Assembly (NCBI GenBank): GCA_046716125.1
Contig: JBKJXJ010000265.1
Coordinates: 1-44,185, forward strand
Length of the DNA stretch: 44,185 nt
Reading direction: 5' to 3'
Origin: Candidatus Eiseniibacteriota bacterium
GTDB lineage: Bacteria > Eisenbacteria > RBG-16-71-46
Shown here: piece after piece, positions 40,064-44,185 of the stretch
How the letters are laid out: every line of letters begins with the position of its first letter
Numbering within the stretch: the first letter of the stretch is position 1
The notes under the pieces: model-generated
What the model saw: the letters and a program-made list of their open reading frames with translations, nothing else
Told to the model about the DNA's origin: nothing
The model's database searches: none
Position numbers and translations under genes: made by a program

Positions 40064-42553
40064 CTAGTGATCGGCGGCGAGCGTCAGGCGCTTGAGCGGT
40101 AATTCCGCGCTCCCGCGGGTCGGCGGGACAGGGTCGGCCAACTGCTTGAGCACCAGCACGGTGAGATCGTCGAGCGGCCGGTCGGAGAATGCCCGCACCG
40201 CGGTGATGAGGGACTGGACGATGCGCGAGGCCCGCTCGTGCGCGTGTCGCTCGACCACCTCGCGCACGCGCTCGATCCCGAACAGCTCGGATCCCGCCTG
40301 CGCCTCGGTGAGGCCGTCCGTGTAGATCAGCGCCAGGTCGCCCGCCTTGAGCTCGACGCAGGTGTCCTCGTATCGCGCCTGACCGCTCACCCCGAGCAGC
40401 GTCCCGCTGGTCGTCACCTCTTCGAAGCGCCCGCCGCGACGACGCACCAGCGGGGGCGTGAGCCCGGCATTGGCGAGCCAGATGCGGCCATGACGGACCT
40501 CGACCCGGGCGCAGAGCAGGCCGACGAATTTGGCGGGTTGCTCGAGCCGGACCAGCTCCTGGTTGAGCGCGCCCAGCAGCTCGCTCGGTTCGCGGGCGTC
40601 GCCGGCCTCGACGCGGAACCGCGCCTGGACGCCGGCCAGCACCAGCGCCGCGGGCACGCCGTGTCCGGCCGCGTCACCGACCACCAGCGTGAACTCGCGC
40701 CGGGAACGCTGCACGAAGTCGTAGTAGTCGCCACCCACCTGTTGCGTCGCCAGGGTCGCCGCGGCGCAGTCGAGGGTCGGGAAGACCGGCGCGTGGCGGG
40801 GCAGGAGGTGGGATTGGATATGCCGGGCCCGCTCGAGATCGCGATCGATGGCGCCGAGCGTGCGTGCGACGTCGCGCAGGGTGAAGTTCTCGAGTGCGAC
40901 CGCGAGGTGGGCGGCCATGCGCTCGAGTTCTTCCGACTCGCGGCGGCTGAGCCACGGACCCGACAGGCGGCGTCCCAGCAGCAGGAGGGCGGTCGCCTGT
41001 CGCTCGCCGACCGGCAGCACCCACTGGACGCCGGCCGCTTCCAGCGCCGCACGCTCCGCGGCCGGGAGGGCCGCATCGTCCGCCGCCAGCGGTCCGCTCC
41101 GCCCGGCGAGCGCCTCGACCAGCGCTACGCCGTGCTCGGCGGAGACGCGGGTCCTCCCGGCCGAGGCGACCTGATGCATGTCCTCGCCCGCCGCCAGGAG
41201 CGCGGCGCAGCCGTCCAGCTTGAGCGTCGCGGCCAGCGCCTCGCAGGCACGGGTCAGCGTGGTGGCGGCGGTTACCTGTCCGCATTCGCCGTTGGCGGGC
41301 GCCAGCATGGTCGCGAGCGGCGGAGGATCCTCGAGCGCCAGCAGGCGCGCGCCGAGAGCACGCGCCCACGAGCGTGACGGCCCCGCGAGCGCCGCGCCGA
41401 GCGCCACCAGCGCGAGCGCCGCGCCCGAGATTCCGGCGCTCCGTTCGGGCCACCATCGCGCCGCCAGCCAGTCCCCACCGAGCCAGGCCGCGCCGATCGC
41501 GAGCGCGAGCCCGACCGCGGCGCCACTGGCGCGCAGCGCGACGTGGAAGTCGAACACGCCGTGCACCGCCACGGCCCACGCGAACGACGCCGGGACGAGC
41601 AGGGTCAGGAGCACCGCCCAGCGCTGATCCAGCGCGCCGGCGGCGGCCGGGAGATTGTGGAGGACGATGAGCGTGGCGATCGGCGCGAGCCCGGCCGCCG
41701 TCCCCGCGAGCGCCACTCGCAGCCGGCGGCGCGCGTCCGCCGAGCCGGCGTGGCGATAGGAGCGAACGAAGAGCCCAAGCGCGATCAGCAGGCCGACGGC
41801 GAACCACACCGCGGCGGCGAAGTTGAGCGCGGTCAGCGCCGCCTCCAGCGCCGGATGTCGCAAGCCCCGAAGCACGACGGCCGCGATCGAGCCGACGAAC
41901 AACAGCGCCGCCACGGCGTAGCCGGCGCTGACGCCCGTCGCCAGACGTCCGCGCGGGGCGCGCGGCTCGGGGAAGTGCGCGAAGAAGTGGATGAACAGCG
42001 CCGGCAGGAGCAGCTGGACTCCCGCGTACAGCAGCTCGTGCACCATCCCCGCCGCCGGCCACGGAAGCCGCGGCACCGGCGCGAGCACCCAGGCGAACGC
42101 GAGCGAGAGCAGGAAGAAGGGACGGGTGAGGCGGTCGCGCCGCTCGCTCCAGACCCAGCCTCCGAGCAGCACGAAGCCGGAGGCCACGAGGAGCAGCGCC
42201 GCCATCATCCGGCGCTCGCCGCCAGGGAGCCGGTCCGGGACCAGCCACACGGGTCCCCGCTCGGCCCCGCGGAGGCGCTCGAGCCGGAGCGGACGCTCAG
42301 GGACGGCGCTCGCCAGCGGCGGCACCAGATGCTGCCAGCCCGGCCACCCGGACTCAGGGAGGACGAGCCGATCCCCGGCCCGCAGTCCGGCCCGGGCTCC
42401 GGGGCTGTCCGGGACGACCACGACCACGCGGTCGTCGCGCATGATGAGGCCCGAATACGGCTGGGCGGGAAGGCTCAAGGCGGAGGCGACGAGCGCGCCG
42501 GCCACCGGGACCAGCAGCCAGGACAGCGGGTGGGGGGTCGTTCCGCGATCCAT
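40064..42553 (-). CDS. membrane-bound PDZ-domain / polytopic sensor / SpoIIE (PP2C-type) serine phosphatase
   Basis: ATG 42553, 5 nt after GGGAGGG. The track start TTG 42664 is rejected. N-terminal TM is followed by PDZ-like 'VVVVVPDSPGARAGLRAGDRLV', then about 10 TM segments. The C-terminal part carries 'GGDYYDF', 'VVGDAAGHGVPAAL', 'LIYTDGLTEA'. Confidence 0.85.
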   Translation of the reverse strand: MDRGTTPHPLSWLLVPVAGALVASALSLPAQPYSGLIMRDDRVVVVVPDSPGARAGLRAGDRLVLPESGWPGWQHLVPPLASAVPERPLRLERLRGAERGPVWLVPDRLPGGERRMMAALLLVASGFVLLGGWVWSERRDRLTRPFFLLSLAFAWVLAPVPRLPWPAAGMVHELLYAGVQLLLPALFIHFFAHFPEPRAPRGRLATGVSAGYAVAALLFVGSIAAVVLRGLRHPALEAALTALNFAAAVWFAVGLLIALGLFVRSYRHAGSADARRRLRVALAGTAAGLAPIATLIVLHNLPAAAGALDQRWAVLLTLLVPASFAWAVAVHGVFDFHVALRASGAAVGLALAIGAAWLGGDWLAARWWPERSAGISGAALALVALGAALAGPSRSWARALGARLLALEDPPPLATMLAPANGECGQVTAATTLTRACEALAATLKLDGCAALLAAGEDMHQVASAGRTRVSAEHGVALVEALAGRSGPLAADDAALPAAERAALEAAGVQWVLPVGERQATALLLLGRRLSGPWLSRRESEELERMAAHLAVALENFTLRDVARTLGAIDRDLERARHIQSHLLPRHAPVFPTLDCAAATLATQQVGGDYYDFVQRSRREFTLVVGDAAGHGVPAALVLAGVQARFRVEAGDAREPSELLGALNQELVRLEQPAKFVGLLCARVEVRHGRIWLANAGLTPPLVRRRGGRFEEVTTSGTLLGVSGQARYEDTCVELKAGDLALIYTDGLTEAQAGSELFGIERVREVVERHAHERASRIVQSLITAVRAFSDRPLDDLTVLVLKQLADPVPPTRGSAELPLKRLTLAADH

Positions 42554-42660
42554 GCGTCCCTCCCATGGGTCGGAGCTTGCAACGCGGCCGGCAGGGGGGC
42601 CCGCCGGGGGAATTCCCAATACGGATTGGACCGCAGGGTGCGCTGCGGCTATTCTGGCAG

Positions 42661-42688
42661 TCAAGTCGCTTGCGGTTCTTGCCGATAC
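42661..42688 (+). promoter_or_regulatory. sigma-28 (FliA/SigD)-type promoter upstream of csrA
   Basis: TCAAGT at 42661-42666 and GCCGATAC at 42681-42688, 16 nt apart. The consensus is TAAA-N15-GCCGATAA. It lies 55 nt upstream of the csrA ATG. Confidence 0.5.
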
Positions 42689-42742
42689 GCTGTTCGACAG
42701 GGGTGAAGACCGTTCCCGCGCCGAAGCGGAGGGAGCTACACG

Positions 42743-42997
42743 ATGCTGGTCCTAACACGGAAGTTAGGCGAGAACATCCGGATCGGGGATTCGGTCAAGA
42801 TCACCGTCCTCGAGGTCCGTTCCGGCCAGGTGAAGCTGGGCATCGAAGCTCCGCCGGAGGTCAAGGTGCACCGCGAGGAGATCTACGCGCGGATCCAGGA
42901 GGAGAATCGCCGGGCGCAGAACTGGAAGCCGGAGGCGGGGGCGGATGGCCCCCCGACCGGCGAGAAACGCGAGAACGATCGATCCAAACCGCAGTGA
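42743..42997 (+). CDS. csrA: carbon storage regulator CsrA (RNA-binding translational regulator)
   Basis: '[48 protein letters not shown]'. GGAGGGAG RBS. The C-terminal tail is charged. Confidence 0.93.
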   Translation: MLVLTRKLGENIRIGDSVKITVLEVRSGQVKLGIEAPPEVKVHREEIYARIQEENRRAQNWKPEAGADGPPTGEKRENDRSKPQ

Positions 42998-43079
42998 ACC
43001 GGCAGGTGATGAGGTCCGGTCCGGCCGCGGCGCGGACCGGTCCACGTGGCGGGCGGTCGACGGTACTCGGCGAGGGGTC

Positions 43080-43280
43080 ATGACGCGCAGCACTCAGCGT
43101 GGCACGCGCAGACGCAGGACGAACCGCCTCGATGAATGGCTCGGCATCCGCGAGTCCGACCGCGTGCGTCCCAGTCGAGTGCTCGCGGCGCGGGCCCGGA
43201 TCGCCTCCGGGCACTACGAGCGCCCCGAGGTGAAGGACTTCCTGCTCGAGGCGCTGCTTCAGGCTCTGCGCCGGAAGTAG
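43080..43280 (+). CDS. FlgM-like anti-sigma-28 factor (tentative)
   Basis: The C-terminal 'DRVRPSRVLAARARIASGHYERPEVKDFLLEALLQAL' fits the FlgM C-terminal pattern (RV-x2-hK-x2-I-x2-G-x-Y ... hhxxhL). The start is either ATG 43080 or ATG 42945; the latter would overlap csrA by 53 nt but keeps fairly high GC3. Confidence 0.45.
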   Translation: MTRSTQRGTRRRRTNRLDEWLGIRESDRVRPSRVLAARARIASGHYERPEVKDFLLEALLQALRRK

Positions 43281-43309
43281 CGCGGGCTGAAAACCGTCCG
43301 GAACTGGCG

Positions 43310-43455
43310 CCGTCCGAAAACCCGACGGGACGCCTCCGGGGTACGTTCGCCTCGTCATCCTGACGAGGCGAACTCTATCCGAGGCTCGCTTCTCCATCCG
43401 TGGCTCCCGCGAGCCTCGGACGCCCCCTGCGGCGTCCCGTCGGGTTTTCGGACGG
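43310..43455. repeat. structured ~146-nt element, copy B (25-bp closing stem plus two internal hairpins); candidate ncRNA or old MITE
   Basis: The closing stem pairs 43310-43334 with 43431-43455 (25/25 bp). Hairpin 1 spans 43345-43373 with a 12-bp stem and loop ATCCT. Hairpin 2 spans 43379-43419 with an 11-bp stem, and its loop contains TCCGTGGCTCCC. It sits between the flgM-like stop and the histidine kinase start. Confidence 0.5.
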
Positions 43456-43547
43456 AGCCGGGCGGCCGTTCGCCACACTGCGCGCCTACGTCCTCGTTTC
43501 CAGAGCACGCGCGGCATCGTCTATGATGCGCGCGCGATGGAACGCAC

Positions 43548-44185
43548 ATGGGTGTGAAGACGGTCCGCGGTGCTTCGGGACGGCGTCCGCCGGCTGACCG
43601 GCTGGCCCGGGCACTCATGGCGGACAGCGACGCGGGCGTGCTCATCGTGGATCCCGCGGGTCGGGTCCATGAGCTGAACCCCGCCGCCGCGCGCCTCCTG
43701 GGTCTCACGGCCGGGCGGGTCCGCCGCTCGCGCGCCGTGGATCTCCTGCGCACGGTCATCGCCCACGACGAGCCGGTGCGGGACGCGTTCAGGCGCGCCT
43801 CCACCGAGCGCGAAGTCGTGCTGCTCGCCCGCTCCGGGGGCGAGGTGCCGGCGCTGCTGCGCAGCGTGAGATTCGGGCGCCCACCGTGGGTGGTCATCAC
43901 GCTGCGCGACCAGACGCGGCTGCGGCGCATGGAGCAGGAGCTTCGCCGCCACGAACGGCTCGCGACCTTGGGTCAGCTCTCCGCCGGCGCCGCGCACGAG
44001 ATCCGCAATCCGCTCGCCGGGATCGGCACCAGTGCCCAGGTGCTGCTGGGCCGGTTCGAGCCGCGCGACGAGCGCGCGCGCTTCGTGCGCGTCATCCTGG
44101 ACGAGGTGGGCCGTCTCGATCGGATCGTGACGGGGCTGCTCCAGTACGCGCGTCCGCGGGCCCCCGAGCTGCGGCCGACCTCGCT
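43548..44185 (+). CDS. PAS-domain sensor histidine kinase, 3'-truncated by the window edge
   Basis: Own translation; the ORF runs off the window, so it is not in the track. It reads 'MGVKTVRGAS...LMADSDAGVLIVDPAGRVHELNPAAARLLGL' (PAS), then 'RLATLGQLSAGAAHEIRNPLAGI' (HisKA H-box). An in-frame stop at 43524 upstream makes ATG 43548 the first start. Confidence 0.8.
   Translation, partial: MGVKTVRGASGRRPPADRLARALMADSDAGVLIVDPAGRVHELNPAAARLLGLTAGRVRRSRAVDLLRTVIAHDEPVRDAFRRASTEREVVLLARSGGEVPALLRSVRFGRPPWVVITLRDQTRLRRMEQELRRHERLATLGQLSAGAAHEIRNPLAGIGTSAQVLLGRFEPRDERARFVRVILDEVGRLDRIVTGLLQYARPRAPELRPTS

Noticed and set aside
1-44185. Search for CRISPR arrays, tRNA/rRNA/tmRNA/RNase P/SRP genes, transposases, integrases, and reverse-transcriptase or known defence-system genes.
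   Set aside because: No direct-repeat/spacer periodicity, no cloverleaf-compatible intergenic segment, and no matching protein motif was seen in any frame. This rests on visual inspection only, so tRNAscan-SE, Infernal and a defence-system finder should confirm it.

Overview
High-GC (about 70% by eye) bacterial chromosomal window, essentially all coding. Because of the GC content the six-frame track is full of long spurious alternative-frame and antisense ORFs. I chose real frames by recognisable protein motifs, third-position GC, ribosome-binding sites and stop/start overlaps.

(1) nt 1-2441: the end of a GT4-like glycosyltransferase plus a polytopic GT-C membrane glycosyltransferase.

(2) nt 2548-19724: a complete division/cell-wall (dcw) cluster, mraZ-[STAS protein]-rsmH-ftsL-ftsI-murE-murF-mraY-murD-ftsW-murG-murC-ftsQ-ftsA-ftsZ. 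It is preceded by a phased TGG-repeat MraZ operator. Most junctions are 1- or 4-nt stop/start overlaps. No murB or ddl is present, and FtsI carries two PASTA domains.

(3) TPR protein, rpmB (-), recG, a zinc-ribbon protein, and a lower-GC islet carrying a nucleotidyltransferase-fold gene.

(4) nt 25435-36076: the most interesting part, a 10-gene accessory lipid island.
- Minus-strand operon: PlsC-type acyltransferase -> Tam41/Mmp37-like putative CDP-diacylglycerol synthase -> PI(P)-synthase-like CDP-alcohol phosphatidyltransferase -> MFS transporter.
- Divergent plus-strand operon: Spt/KBL-like alpha-oxoamine synthase -> acetoacetate-decarboxylase-like protein -> DAG/ceramide-kinase-like lipid kinase -> Zn-dependent MDR dehydrogenase.
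- Convergent minus-strand pair: PatA-like (HtrB/LpxL family) acyltransferase overlapping a PimA-like GT4 mannosyltransferase.
- Together this looks like an uncharacterised phosphoinositide-mannoside and/or sphingolipid-like pathway.

(5) Signalling and motility genes:
- an MglA GTPase with a ~170-aa Pro/Ala-rich C-terminal extension and no mglB
- a secreted beta-rich protein
- a stand-alone trpA
- a PDZ/polytopic-membrane SpoIIE (PP2C) phosphatase
- a sigma-28-type promoter driving csrA and a FlgM-like gene
- a 3'-truncated PAS histidine kinase

Two non-coding repeat families are present. One is a ~147-nt three-stem element in two copies with compensatory stem changes, a candidate structured RNA or old MITE. 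The other is a set of ATGACAGGGCC palindromic units at two loci.

No tRNA, rRNA, CRISPR array, transposase or integrase was recognised.
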